Part shown: positions 41,374 to 53,400 of the stretch, piece by piece
How the letters are laid out: each line of letters begins with the position of its first letter
Numbering within the stretch: the stretch's first letter is position 1
Origin: Styela clava
Taxonomy: Eukaryota
NCBI RefSeq assembly: GCF_964204865.1
Contig: NC_135253.1
Coordinates: 16,182,001-16,246,000 of the forward strand
Direction of reading: 5' to 3'
Length of the DNA stretch: 64,000 nt
Notes under the pieces: generated by a model
Databases searched by the model: none
What the model was told of the DNA's origin: nothing
What the model saw: only the letters and a program-made list of their open reading frames with translations
Translations under genes and position numbers: made by a program

Positions 41374-41710
41374 GTGGCTCAACGGGCTAAGCGTTAGGAA
41401 TACGCTCGCCACCGCACCTCTAATTACCGTACTCTGCGTGGGTTCGCAGGTTCGAATCCCATGCAGGGATGGTTATGTGCGAGAGGATTGCTGGCCTCCT
41501 CGCCGTCGTTGGGTGGTTCACGTAACCGCTGGTCGGTTACGGCTTCCTCCACCACCAAGTCCATGCTTCCGAAAACAAACAATACAGTAAAAACTAATCC
41601 CATACCCGACTTGGAATGGTAACCGGACGAGAAGCCGTGGTTCGTCATATGGATAAGCCGTCTTATCGGCTTTCCTCTCCCCCGGGATAAATAGGTAAAT
41701 CCTATCCTAT
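41374..41710 (+). mobile_element. tRNA-derived SINE, apparently full length
   Basis: A box TGGCTCAACGG (41375), B box GGTTCGAATCC (41449), (TCCTA)n tail. Degenerate 3' halves of the same family at ~7490-7605, ~11545-11660 and ~61945-62070. Confidence 0.85.
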
Positions 41711-41917
41711 TTTAAAGTTGTGTGCTAAACATTGAAACAGCTAAAGCAAGTAACTGACTAATGAGTTTGTTGGAATGATGTGCAAGCAATAATAAGTTAC
41801 TGAAGAGTACGGTACGGGTATATTTGTAAAGGTATAAATTGTTCCTTCTTGAAAAAACAGAATTAGCTTTGAGCTGGAACTAGTTTGGTGCCACATATTT
41901 CCTTGATTACTGTCCGA

Positions 41918-43191
41918 GGGTCTCATGTAGTTTCGTACCTAACGTACTTCTAGTGGGCGTAGCATAACAATTTGTTCACATGTCAATCCTAACCCCCACC
42001 TAATCACGCCATCCAAAAATTACGTCACTACGACGTCACAGTGACAGTGAGCCCTTCAAACTGTCATCCAAGACGCACAGACAAGAATCGAAATCGAACA
42101 GCTAGGGTGGTGTAGCCAGTCAGCGGACGATTTCATTCAAACTGCTATATAATAAAAACCAATATTTCTAACCCGTTAATTTTTTCACCGTAGGTGCATT
42201 AGCATTTATTCTACACGCTAAACCTTGAATTAACTTTCTACAACCAGGGGTTAAAGCTATACAAACCACCAAAGTATGACACTCTGAACACGTATTTGCG
42301 ACCGAACGACCAGTGTGCGACCACGGATTTCGAGCCTTGAACATCGTTTATGCTGCGTCGAGACTAGGGCATACGCAGCCATGCGTGAAAAAAATTGGCT
42401 TCTGATTGCATTTCTGACCTTCATATATTTTAAGAACACGGTTATTTCGAACAAAACTCGTCAAATTATAAACAAAGCACCGCATCACAGCAATCGAACA
42501 GACAAAACCACGGTGGTCGCAAATTGGTCGACAAAGATATTATCGACGTATTGGAAATGCACACCCCCTTATTCCCACTCCTTTAAATGTAAAAACGTGA
42601 AACTTTGAATATGGTTAAAAGAAACACAACTCTACCCACCTGCCAAGTTTCATCTTTTTATCTCTTATATTTGTATGGGTTTTCAAGCTTTTTTAAAGGG
42701 ACAATGGGTAGTTGGCGACATGGAAAAATGGTCCGATTTTTTTCTTTGGTCGGGTTTTCGGTCGTAACTTTTTGTTTGTGGCCACATTTTAGTGTAATTT
42801 CGCAGAGCTACGAGGGATAAGTGGACGATAACGCGTGAGAAATATTGTCGTGGTTCTTTAGTTTTTTCGGCATTAATTTGATCGATGAAGTTGATGGTCG
42901 CAAATAGGTAGTGGCCGCAAAGTGGGTAAGCCACCCTATTTCTCTCGTTTTCTCGTCGCAACAATCCCGATAGGAGAGAGATCGCTGACATTACTGCATT
43001 AGTCAGTTCTTTATCGTCAGCGCTGATGTCATTTCGGGCGATTGTACGTGTATTTGGCAAGCTGTATGACTTGATTGTGACGTCGTAGTGACATAATTTT
43101 TGGATGGCGTAGTCAGGTGGGGGTTAGGATTAACATGTCAAAAAATTGTTATGCTACGCCCACTATAGAAGTACGAAACTACACGAGTCTC
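41918..43191. mobile_element. MITE family B copy split by a TA-targeted insertion (42105-42936)
   Basis: Arms match 26423-26866. Inner element GGGTGGTGTAGCC...GGGTAAGCCACCC is flanked by TA. The empty site AGCTATTTC is seen in the copy near 57017. Confidence 0.85.
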
Positions 43192-43287
43192 CTGCCTGAC
43201 TCTAGTATGGTGAATTGCATTTATTCAATATCATTTTGTTTCTTTTTGTTTATATGCAGTATTTCATTCTACCCTTCCGACATAAAA

Positions 43288-46233
43288 ATGCAAAAAGCCG
43301 AGTACGCTTGGATTCCAAAGAAAGTTGATTATGAGCTGATCGATGGGAAAAAAAATTTCAGGTCACGACCTATTGCATTCTCAGAGTATCATCCTCTGAA
43401 ACCAATAACAGTAACTGAGTCTGCTGGAGTGAAAGCTTCCTCAAAACGACGAAAAAGTGATGCTAGTAGCACAAAATCTGGTGCAGAAAGTGTCAAATCT
43501 AGTTCTGGGAGCACCAGATCATCATCTAGTGCAACAAAGGATTTTATTGACCCATTGTCCGCTATGGCAATAATTGATCCATTATCTGCAGCAACTCAAA
43601 GCACACCCAAAAATTCAGAACAGGTGGAAAGCACAGAAGCAGATATACTTGAAGTCTCTACCAATGATGAATATGGAGAAGGTTTTGAGCATTGGGCATC
43701 AAAAAAATTATTTATTCTGAGTAACTATACATTGGATGAAAAGCTATCAATGCAGATGATTTCCATTTCAAAGAGTGGTGACAAGGCAGTCGGTCGTTCG
43801 TTTTATTCGTCTTCTACTACAGAAAGACTCCAAATTCGATTGAATCAGCTTAATGACATGGAGGAAGGTAGTGTGCAGGAACTGAAAACACAATCTCAAC
43901 AAAACTTTATAGATCGAATGTATGACTTGGGAAAAAATCTTCGACAATCATGGGAATCTAATCAGAAAGTGAATGCCCTGAAAATAGCAATTCAATGTGC
44001 AAAAATGCTGAGCGACGTATCGGTTATGCAGTTCTATCCCAGCAAATTTGTTCTGATTGCAGATATTTTACAAACCTTTGGCCAGTTGGTTTATGGTCGT
44101 ATCCTTTCTATGTGTGCAGGAATGTCAGCAGATAAAATTGATCTGGATAAAGTGAGTGATAATGCAAAAGAGATTTGTCTCAATTGGATGATGAAGATTG
44201 CATCCATTAGAGAGCTTCTTCCAAGAATCCTTATTGAAGCTAGTATCCTGCCTTGCTATAATTTTCTAAAAAAGGATGAATGCAACTCGGCACTCGTTCG
44301 GCTCACTAATATGGCAAAAGGTGTGGGTAATCCATTAGTTTGTGTTTATGTAAGAACGTATCTATGCATGATTGGTGTTAAATATACCCCAAAGTTCAAA
44401 GGTCACTTACTTTCCAACTTCTACTACTTTATTTCGACATACAAGCAAATTCATACCACATCTGTGCAAAATGAAATTGCACATCAGAAGTTGGACATGT
44501 CAACATATCTCTCATTATATATGCCTGCGTTGGAGTGGATTTTATCGTGCATTGCCCATAATGCTCATGAAAGCACACTGAAAGATGTTTTAGAAAAATG
44601 TGCGAAAACAGGAAACAGTCTTCTTATTTTAAGATGCATCCTTGCCTCTTTCAAACCTGATTATGTATCTGCGAGAGCGTTAGATTTTTCGTCTATTATC
44701 TCTCAGTCAGACGACAGTCTATTCCCTAAAGATGTTGTTTTCACCACACTCGGTAATAGTGTGATAGAATGTGACCCGCCTGAGAAGGACAAGCAACCAC
44801 TTCTTGCTGATGTTTGGAAATACATTGTTAAACTACAAGACCCCAGTGAATACATTACATGTGCAGCAGTTTGGACCGAATATGCTGTTAAAAATTTTAA
44901 GAAAAAGGAAGTGAACACCATCCTTGGTGACATCTTGAAGCACATGGTACCAGATCGGGCATTTGAGAAGCATTACTCAAAGTTGCAGGATGTTGTAAAG
45001 AGAATTCTAACGCATATGAAGTCTTTTTCAGTGGTTTTTGCAATAGAAAGGTTTCTACCTTTTCTTGACATGTTCCAAAAAGATGATGTCAAGCTGGATA
45101 TTTGTACTTGTGTTGCTGAATTCTTCATTAAAGGTTCTGATCAGTCTACTTCGGATCCTCTTGTGATAAATGGCATGATGTATATTTGCAGAGCAATGCA
45201 CGATTCCATTAATTCCATGAGTCTCGAAAGTGAGCGTAGATCAGTGGGCAATGCAATATGTGCCGTGATCCAAAAAATAACATTCGGTAGAGATTTTGAG
45301 CAGCAACTGAACTTTTATGTGGAATGTCGTGGTTCTTTTCGCAATTTAGACTCTGTCTTGTCAGCTTTGGTGCATCTGGTCAATACACTTTCTACAACTT
45401 GTACTCGAATTGTGAAGCATAAACATACAACTAAAACTGCATCTTTTGTACGGGCTTGCGCCGCTTTCTGCTTCATTACTATTCCTTCTCTCAGTGATGT
45501 ATATGCAAGATTGCAGCTGTATTTGGTTTCTGGGCAAGCTGCTCTGATTAGCCATTGTGTCACTCAAGCTGATGCTATGTTCTGTGCCGCTGTAACTCAA
45601 ATTTTAGATGCACCTTCGCTCATCGCAAATACGGATGGAAAAAATGTTTCAACTCAAAACATCATGGCATCTTATATCACTAATTTTTTGTCTACATTAT
45701 TAACAGTACCTGATCACCCAGAGCAAGGCATTCTGTATTTGTTGCGTGGGTTGATGAATGTTATTTCTGCTACAGGAGCTAGTGGCGGCTTACTTAGTAT
45801 GGAATCTAGAATTTCTGTCTACATCAAGGTGCTCAGTTTGCTATCTGCTTATAGCCAAGATCGATACTTATACCGTGTTGAGTATGTTGATTCTAACGAA
45901 CACTTGTACAGCAGTGATGAAAAATTTCTAGCAGAGATTTCATCAATTGGGACTACATTGTTGGACGAACTTTTTGCTTTTCTAACAGCATCTTCTCAGT
46001 ACAAGTCAAGCGACAGAGCTGCGGTGGCATCAGAGTTGTTTTCCACCATTATAGCTTTTGGCAATATGGAAGCCCCTTGCATGCAGAAATTAGCAGTAAC
46101 TACATGGAATCTAATGATCAAAACAGGAGGGATTGATCATAAGCAACTGGTAAAAACCATCAGCCACGTAAAAGGAAAAGGAGGGTCGTATGCCAAAGTT
46201 GCAAGCTCTTTATCTCTTTCATCTAAAGTTTAA
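43288..46233 (+). CDS. VPS35L: VPS35 endosomal protein-sorting factor-like (C16orf62, Retriever subunit), single coding exon, 981 aa
   Basis: Motifs YHPLKPI, DPLSA repeats, WESNQKVNALKIAIQCAKMLSDVSVMQFYPSKFVLIADILQTFGQLVY, AKEICLNWMMKIASIRELLPR, FGRDFEQQLNFYVECR, FVRACAAFCFITIPSL, VPDHPEQGILYL. ATG 43288 (context AAAATGC) follows a pyrimidine tract and AG at 43258-43259. Confidence 0.95.
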   Translation: MQKAEYAWIPKKVDYELIDGKKNFRSRPIAFSEYHPLKPITVTESAGVKASSKRRKSDASSTKSGAESVKSSSGSTRSSSSATKDFIDPLSAMAIIDPLSAATQSTPKNSEQVESTEADILEVSTNDEYGEGFEHWASKKLFILSNYTLDEKLSMQMISISKSGDKAVGRSFYSSSTTERLQIRLNQLNDMEEGSVQELKTQSQQNFIDRMYDLGKNLRQSWESNQKVNALKIAIQCAKMLSDVSVMQFYPSKFVLIADILQTFGQLVYGRILSMCAGMSADKIDLDKVSDNAKEICLNWMMKIASIRELLPRILIEASILPCYNFLKKDECNSALVRLTNMAKGVGNPLVCVYVRTYLCMIGVKYTPKFKGHLLSNFYYFISTYKQIHTTSVQNEIAHQKLDMSTYLSLYMPALEWILSCIAHNAHESTLKDVLEKCAKTGNSLLILRCILASFKPDYVSARALDFSSIISQSDDSLFPKDVVFTTLGNSVIECDPPEKDKQPLLADVWKYIVKLQDPSEYITCAAVWTEYAVKNFKKKEVNTILGDILKHMVPDRAFEKHYSKLQDVVKRILTHMKSFSVVFAIERFLPFLDMFQKDDVKLDICTCVAEFFIKGSDQSTSDPLVINGMMYICRAMHDSINSMSLESERRSVGNAICAVIQKITFGRDFEQQLNFYVECRGSFRNLDSVLSALVHLVNTLSTTCTRIVKHKHTTKTASFVRACAAFCFITIPSLSDVYARLQLYLVSGQAALISHCVTQADAMFCAAVTQILDAPSLIANTDGKNVSTQNIMASYITNFLSTLLTVPDHPEQGILYLLRGLMNVISATGASGGLLSMESRISVYIKVLSLLSAYSQDRYLYRVEYVDSNEHLYSSDEKFLAEISSIGTTLLDELFAFLTASSQYKSSDRAAVASELFSTIIAFGNMEAPCMQKLAVTTWNLMIKTGGIDHKQLVKTISHVKGKGGSYAKVASSLSLSSKV

Positions 46234-48097
46234 TTACATCATTGTTACTTGCGATGGTTGTGTCATAATTAATATATATTTACGAATATGTTGATGAAAA
46301 CTATTTCCTGGGAAAATGTATTATACATTTTGGATTCAAGTTGTTAAAGCTAAATTTAAATGACTCCAAATCAAATATATATATCCATACATTTCATTTA
46401 GTCTACATACTTGACCATCATTTGCAAATTGTCTTGCTTCATACGTATGCATGAAAGATTGAGTCAGTTGTTGGGGTGTTGTGATTAATCATCAAATGCA
46501 TAATAATGTACAATTAGCTTGAAAATACTATATTCTGTAAACAGCCTTCTGGAATTCTTTATATGCCCAAATGTCATCTCATGCGACTTCAATGTATATG
46601 TATCAATTTGATTCGTGGAATGTACACAATTTTGTTTGATTAAAAGACAAATTTTAATAATTTCTTGGTGTATCGGTCTTGTAACTACCACCGCAACATT
46701 TGCATTGATGAAATTATCAGTTCCTTATCAGAAAGAAATATTGTGGTATTGTTATTACCAAAGTCATTGGTATTTTGTATTTACAGCGGCCAGCGAAGGG
46801 ATTTATTTCAACTTGTTGTATAAAATACTCAATGATGGATTCATTATTGTGTGCTATGATTCGAAAATTCGTCCCATATATTATTGTTTGATTTATGTTG
46901 CTTATGTTTTCAATGCAGAGGTCTGATTTTTTAATGTAATTTAATGATAAATTTCAAACAGAAGTTTCCATGCTATTTTCATTAATAAACTAAGGTTCCA
47001 ATTTTTTTCCTATTCTGAATAGTCGAGTCCTTTTATTTAGCCATTACATTCATTATTCGTTGATCATATATGAGACTATTCTAAAGCATGAGTGACAATA
47101 ATTCAATCAGTAATCATTATGATTTTTTGATTTCATGTCCCCAAGGACGAGATTATATATCTTTATATATTCAATGTGCAATAAACCTCCATTAACGACA
47201 ATGGGTGCGTGGTGCTATTTACAGATTTATACATGTAGGTGGAGAATTCTCTGGCAGTACTTTTCCCGTGGGTATCAATTGGAAAATATTGTAAACAACT
47301 CATCTTCAATGCTAACCAGTTTTGACAACATAAGCTGTTGAAAACGAAGCCAGTATAGAGATTTTCCTAACTCATTATTTGGCTCGAGGCAGCCTAAAAT
47401 GTGTTTGTGGTGTGCAAGCATGGCAATTTGTAGCTTTTGATCAGCTAAGGGAGTAATTCCTATTTTTTAAATATGTCAAGTGGCGAGCGACTGAACTTGC
47501 TGCTTTGAACTCCTTGGTTGCTCTTCTTAGGAAGGGGATTATATATAAGATATCAGGAAGAGAACAACTTGCAGCGCATCGTTTGTCCGTTCCGTGCACA
47601 GGAAGAACCTTTTGCATAACGTGTACGTACATTTATTTACAAAATGGGCACCTTCACGTGGATGGAAAGTGCGAATTGACTACTGTGATCGAAGACTTTG
47701 AGGTCAGAGCATGTCAAAAAGTTGAGATGACCTAGGTCTGCTATGAAAGCTGAAGCAGCTGAGCTACGTTCCGTAAAGCACCACCACAAAAATGGCGGTA
47801 TCTGTATCTCGCTTCACCTGTGGTTATTATTTCGTGCAATTGTCCATTTTTTTCACATGGTGATAAAATGTACCTATACTAATCATACTATCATTTGGTC
47901 GCCCACGCCCCGTCCAACTTTCGGGACTTGTCGGTAGGGGATCTCCCGCTTGAAAAACCGTAGTCGAGCGGTGAATCTCGATTGTACTGTTTGCTTGATC
48001 AACTGCCTTTTTGTCGCTGGCTTTGCTGGCGAAGTCTCGTCTTTGTTTGTAGTTTTGACCCTGAGATTGTTGCAGACGAGCTAGCGGTAATTTTGTC

Positions 48098-50099
48098 ATG
48101 AATACTCATAATCACGATCATTTGGCTGGTGTGGGAGGCGTCTTTCAAACTCTTGATGAAATTGATTTCGCTAGAGGCCCTTGGACGCCAGCTATGTATG
48201 GCGACTACCCCGCTATTAAGCTGTATTTGCAGAAGGGCGGCGAGCCGAATTTGATGGATTCTTCTGGTTACACACCATTGGTAATTATATTTATTTTTTC
48301 AAAAAAATAGCAATAAATAGATGTTACCAAAAATAATTAATGGAAGAACTGAAATTTTTACGTAATGTTGCAACAGTAGGTACGGTACCGGTATTTTGAC
48401 TTTGACTCAGCAGCCTTTAGGATTTTATCTTGCAAATCGGGTTGATCTGAGTTGTGTCTAGTTTTGCTTTTTAGAGGGGTTATAAGCAGTGGTGGGATCC
48501 AGCCGGTTTGCACCGGTTCTATCTGTCTATAGAGCCGTCTAACGGAATTTTATGAGATCAACAAACCGGTTAGCAAAACTGAAAAAACATGACTTTTTGT
48601 AACAGAACCGGCTGAAAAATATGACTTTTGTATGGCATGGATGGAACCGACTGACCTAAAATTTAAATCTCACCACTGGTTATAAGTATATTTCAGTATT
48701 CTCAGTATTCACCAGGTCATATAAAATAAATAAAAATAGAATTTACAGATTTGAGAGACATGATTCAATGATTGAAAAATTTGAAATTCACACACAAACT
48801 TTTTTCTTAAATTTGAATAGACGATACTTGTATTATATGTAGATACTCATATTATAATAATTCAGTTCCTCATAAACAAAACAACAGTTGTCTTCCCAAT
48901 TTTCATAAATTGACCTTATAATATTACCTTCAACTTATGTTGAACACATACGAATACACAATTCAGCTATTAGTACGTTCAAGAGTAAGTACATAATAAA
49001 TTTGCATAATAGTTTGTTAATTATGAACAGTAGCTATATATTGATTCATTGACAGCATTATGCAGCACGGGGTGGATACTATAACATATGCAATGAGTTA
49101 ATTTTGTCTGGAGCAAGTGTTAATCACACAACAAAATCTGGGAAATCAACCTCTTTGCATCGTGCTGCATCACAGGGATGTAATGACGTAGTAAAACTAT
49201 TGATTAAAAATGGTGCAAACCCACGAATGATTGATGACGATGGAAAGACTGCTTTGCATAAGGTAATTTAACTCATAACGTTCTATAATAATATGAACAT
49301 CTAGATTTCTGAGAAGCAAATTAACAGTTTTGAATGTAATTTTATATAAAATTTGTGTCTTATTTTAATTAAGACTTTGTGGAAATGAGTTAAAAGAATT
49401 TAGAATGTTTACCTGATTGTGATTCGTGAGTGGGACAATAGATTATCACTTAGGAATTGTAATATTCTATCAGTGTAGAAAAATGGGTTTTTCAAAAATG
49501 GTTTTTGCCACACTTGTCCCAATTGTATAAATCTTCATATAAATAATCTAATCTCCTGCGAAGGTATTAAATCTATCCTAACCCAGATGCTAGAACATAG
49601 CATGAATCTCACTTGATATGCTTATTTTAACCATTTGCTAAATAGTAGTATATATCTACCTAACTCAAAACAGTGTGGGACAAGTGCGGCAAAGTGGGAA
49701 CGGTGTGCTAATACACAGGGCATGTCATTTTTGGGACCCCGCATATAAGTCATAGTTTATATTAATATCTCAATAAAGAGCTATGAGATCGGAATTTTAA
49801 TGAAAATTGAAATGATGATTTTGAGATATCATAATATTTTGAAGCATCTACTACCTGAATGGACCAGATTTATAAAGCTATATTGTTGCAAGAAAAAGTA
49901 TATATCTCTGTATATTGAAACATGTGTTATGAATACTTTTCAGGCAGCAGAAGGAAATCATGCTGAAGCTTGCAGGCTATTAATAGAAGCAGCGCCAGAT
50001 ACACAAAACGTATTGGATAAAAAAGTCAAATATCCCAAGGATTATGTCCAATGTACGGATGATCAGAAGGAAACTTATAAAGTTATGTGGTGGACTTGA
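48098..50099 (+). CDS. ANKRD39: Ankyrin repeat domain-containing protein 39, 3 exons
   Basis: Exons 48098-48280, 49056-49262, 49944-50099. QTLDEIDFARGPW...GD, DSSGYTPLHYAARGG, TSLHRAASQG, GANPRMIDDDGKTALHKAAEGNH all match ANKRD39. Confidence 0.9.
48487..48678. mobile_element. hAT MITE in ANKRD39 intron 1
   Basis: 8-bp TSD GTTATAAG; termini CAGTGGTGGGAT and ATCTCACCACTG. Confidence 0.88.
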
Positions 50100-50379
50100 A
50101 AGATATATTCATATCCATGGAATGAAATTCCGTCATTTTAAAAATCCGATCGATTTTAAAAATAGAAAAAAAAAGTCTGTATGAAGACCATGCTTATGGC
50201 GATAACAAGGGACAGAGAGACGCATTCAAACATTCATATTTCTTGACTTAATTCGAGTTTCAGCAATTTGGTCATTTTTAATTGTATGAGTATTCTCTTA
50301 ATTTCAAGTATCAAAAAATGACTGTGCAAAATTTAACATTTTTGATATACAAATTTATATTGTTCAATTTTATTTTGTT

Positions 50380-50462
50380 AAATTATTTATTCCGTTATTT
50401 TTATTCAACTTTACAGTAGAAGATAATTAATATATATTTTGATAATCTTTGACAATTAACAG
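50380..50462 (+). promoter_or_regulatory. Unpaired splice acceptor(s) upstream of the ABHD11 ATG; candidate SL trans-splice site
   Basis: T-rich tract ending TTTACAG (50416) and a second TTAACAG (50462), 8 nt before ATG 50470. Confidence 0.5.
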
Positions 50463-50469
50463 AAACTAA

Positions 50470-53400
50470 ATGAGTAGTTTAAGGTTACGTCAACTTGCGA
50501 TTTGGAGTAACAAACTGTGCAAGATACAGTAAGATTACTTTTCATTTTTTATTTTATTTTTTTGTTTAGTAGATATTCACAGAAAAAATATATCTCTAGA
50601 ATAAAAATTATCCTATGTATTTTATTATTTTGACAGCTTATATTGAACCAAATTGAAAGCATAATTTTTCATGTGACCCTATTATAAAATCCATCACTAT
50701 TGAGTCTGAGAAAAATTACAATCAAATACTGGTTATGGAAAATCTCCCGACTCCGACAAAATCAAATTTGGCATATGTAAGCCTTCTATTATAGACTGTT
50801 AAAAGCGTTTTGTGAACTTAATGTTCTTTGAATTTCTGACAATTTGGACTTCTTTTATCACCACTGAAAGTCTGTAATTCAACTCCACGTAGTTTGAAAA
50901 TATGACTCAGTCTCCATTGTTTAACTCCTGACAAAGTTGTCTAACTCCAACTTCATAGCCCAAAACACAATAAGAGGTGATTCTGTAATAGTATTCACTC
51001 CAATTTGTTTAACTTGTTTCATATTTTATCTAGAAAAAGAAACCTTTCACTCGCATACAATATCATACATGAAGGGGATTCCACCAAAGCACCTATGTTA
51101 ATGATTCATGGACTTCTTGGAAACAAATTCAATTTTAATTCTGTTGGGAAAATTTTGAAAGAAAAACTGCCCAGCACAACGGTTGGTATATAATTATAGT
51201 TATTATATGAAATATAGACTTTTTTACCAGTCTGGACTACTATGCTTTTATTGAAACTTTCAACTACACTTTTTGGTCAAAATTAGCATTGAGTTGAGGG
51301 TGTTTCTGACTCTCACGGTCAGGATACCCACTTCTCGTGCTCTAGCTACGTCTTCATTTGACTTTCTCCCTGATCCATACACCAAATGTCTTTCTGAAGC
51401 TATTTCATATTTCGCACCACTTTTGCTTTGTTACTCATTGATCAAAATATATTAAATTGAGTTTTATTTCTAATATTGATTTTCAATTTCTCTGCCTAAT
51501 TTAGACTCTTTCATAAAATAATGAATTTACAAAGTGCAAATATCTGTAAATTTACACTTTTTTATTTGCTTTAGATACTCAGTTGTGATGTGAGAAATCA
51601 TGGTGAAAGTCCGCATTCCGATATGATGGATTATAAGTCAATGTCTGAAGATACAATACAACTCCTGAATTCAATGAATATTGACAAATGTATTTTACTC
51701 GGACATAGTTTAGGTGGAAGAATAGCAATGTATACTGCTCTTACTCAAGTATTATTAGGAATGACTACTTCATACAGAATTTTTTGAATTTGTTGTAGTT
51801 TGAAGTAATGTTGTTTAATTTTTTGCAGCAAAACCGAGTTGAAGAATTAATCGTGGTTGATGTTGCTCCGGGAGATAAAGGAATAAAACGTGGTATAAGT
51901 GAAGGTACAAGAGCCAGAATTTGATTTTGATCCATATACTGGAGCTGTCATGGACAAACTACAGCCCGCGGGCAAAATCCGGCCCATTTAGTAATTCATT
52001 CTGGCCCACCTGATGCTGCCACAACCAAACTAACACCAAATTTTGATGTTTGAGCTAAAAAATAGCTTCAAAGGAATTTGTTGAGATATCGATCAAATTT
52101 TGTTTTGGCACAAGGCTTATTGTTTTCCACTTTTGTAACCCCCTTGTCCAAGAACGTTGCCCACCCCTAATCTAGAGCCAAACATCCATACTACTTTAAC
52201 GATTTCCGACTTTTTGGTCCACGGACATTGAGGTGGCATAAGACTGTCTGTATTACGAGTTTGAATTTTATTTGTGTTGGAAGTTGTTTATTAATAATAA
52301 CAATATACAAATACGTGGGAATTTATAGGAGTCAAAATAAGTCGACATATAATGGTATCTTGCTGGCACTGTTACACAATGATTATTAATTGTAAAGTTT
52401 TTGTGCAACTCCCTTTTCATATTATGCCATCTTATGCTCCATAAAGACTGTATCCCATGATATTCATACAATCGAATTATACACCTAATAGACTGTAAAG
52501 TATATAAACTTTGATCAAGTGGAAAATACTTTATCTACATTTATTATTTGTTGAGAACTTGTACAAATAGCAGTATTTACATTTTATTTTCACTTTTATA
52601 TGATTGATTTAGGTCCAATCAAGTATGTAGAAGCTATGAAATTAGTCAAATTTGAACCTGGAATTAAACCATCCCAGGCTAGAGCAAGCGCGCATCAACA
52701 GCTCGAAAGTACGATACCTGTGAGTTGATTAAGTTTATCTATATAATATCAATTGGTGTAAGTCTAATTGTTGTTTTGTTTCTTTATCAGTGATTCTGAA
52801 ATCTCATATCTCTTATATTCATTGTGTACTTTATTGCAGACCTAAATTGTGAAATCTGTAGTTGACAACAAGCCCTTTAAAAAAATCTGCAACATGTTCA
52901 CGGGGTAGCAACAGCATTCCTGTTTGGGGTATCCCTGCTTCGTACCAAATAATTAATGTTAAACTCAACACCTATATATTTTGTAAAATGGATTATGTGT
53001 AATTCTATACTTATTGTTAAATAATTTATTTCATGAATGTTGTAAACTGGAATAAATTGACTTAACAATTAACATTATCTAGGACTCTGCTATAACATAT
53101 CATATTTTAACAGCAAAGCCACATTTGCATTGGTGTCTCAAAAATGTCATGTCCCGCGTTTCCCGTTTGTCCCACTTGGCACCCCATTTGCCTATGCTAG
53201 ATTGCTCATGACAGAGCAAATGTTGTTTCGAAGCATGATGCTCTTTGTCTGCTAATGTATCTACTATTAGTTGATATATTATATTATTTTAATAATTTCT
53301 CTTGCTTGTATTTCTTATACATGAATCTTCATACAAGCCTTTTTTCCTCATTCGTCTGCTATTATTTTCATGATATAACAGGAAAAATATTTGAGAGATT

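Noticed and set aside
41374-41470. Possible tRNA gene
   Set aside because: No clean cloverleaf or T-run terminator; it continues into a repeated SINE body.
43117-43287. 57-aa N-terminal extension of the 1038-aa ORF
   Set aside because: It is translated MITE arm (the same peptide appears at 26785) plus a polypyrimidine tract. VPS35L similarity starts after ATG 43288.
44372-45600. Small ORFs overlapping VPS35L
   Set aside because: Alternate-frame and antisense shadows of a long CDS.
47827-48099. Minus-strand ORF sharing CATG with the ANKRD39 start
   Set aside because: CATG is palindromic and GC-rich promoter DNA has few stops; no motif recognised.
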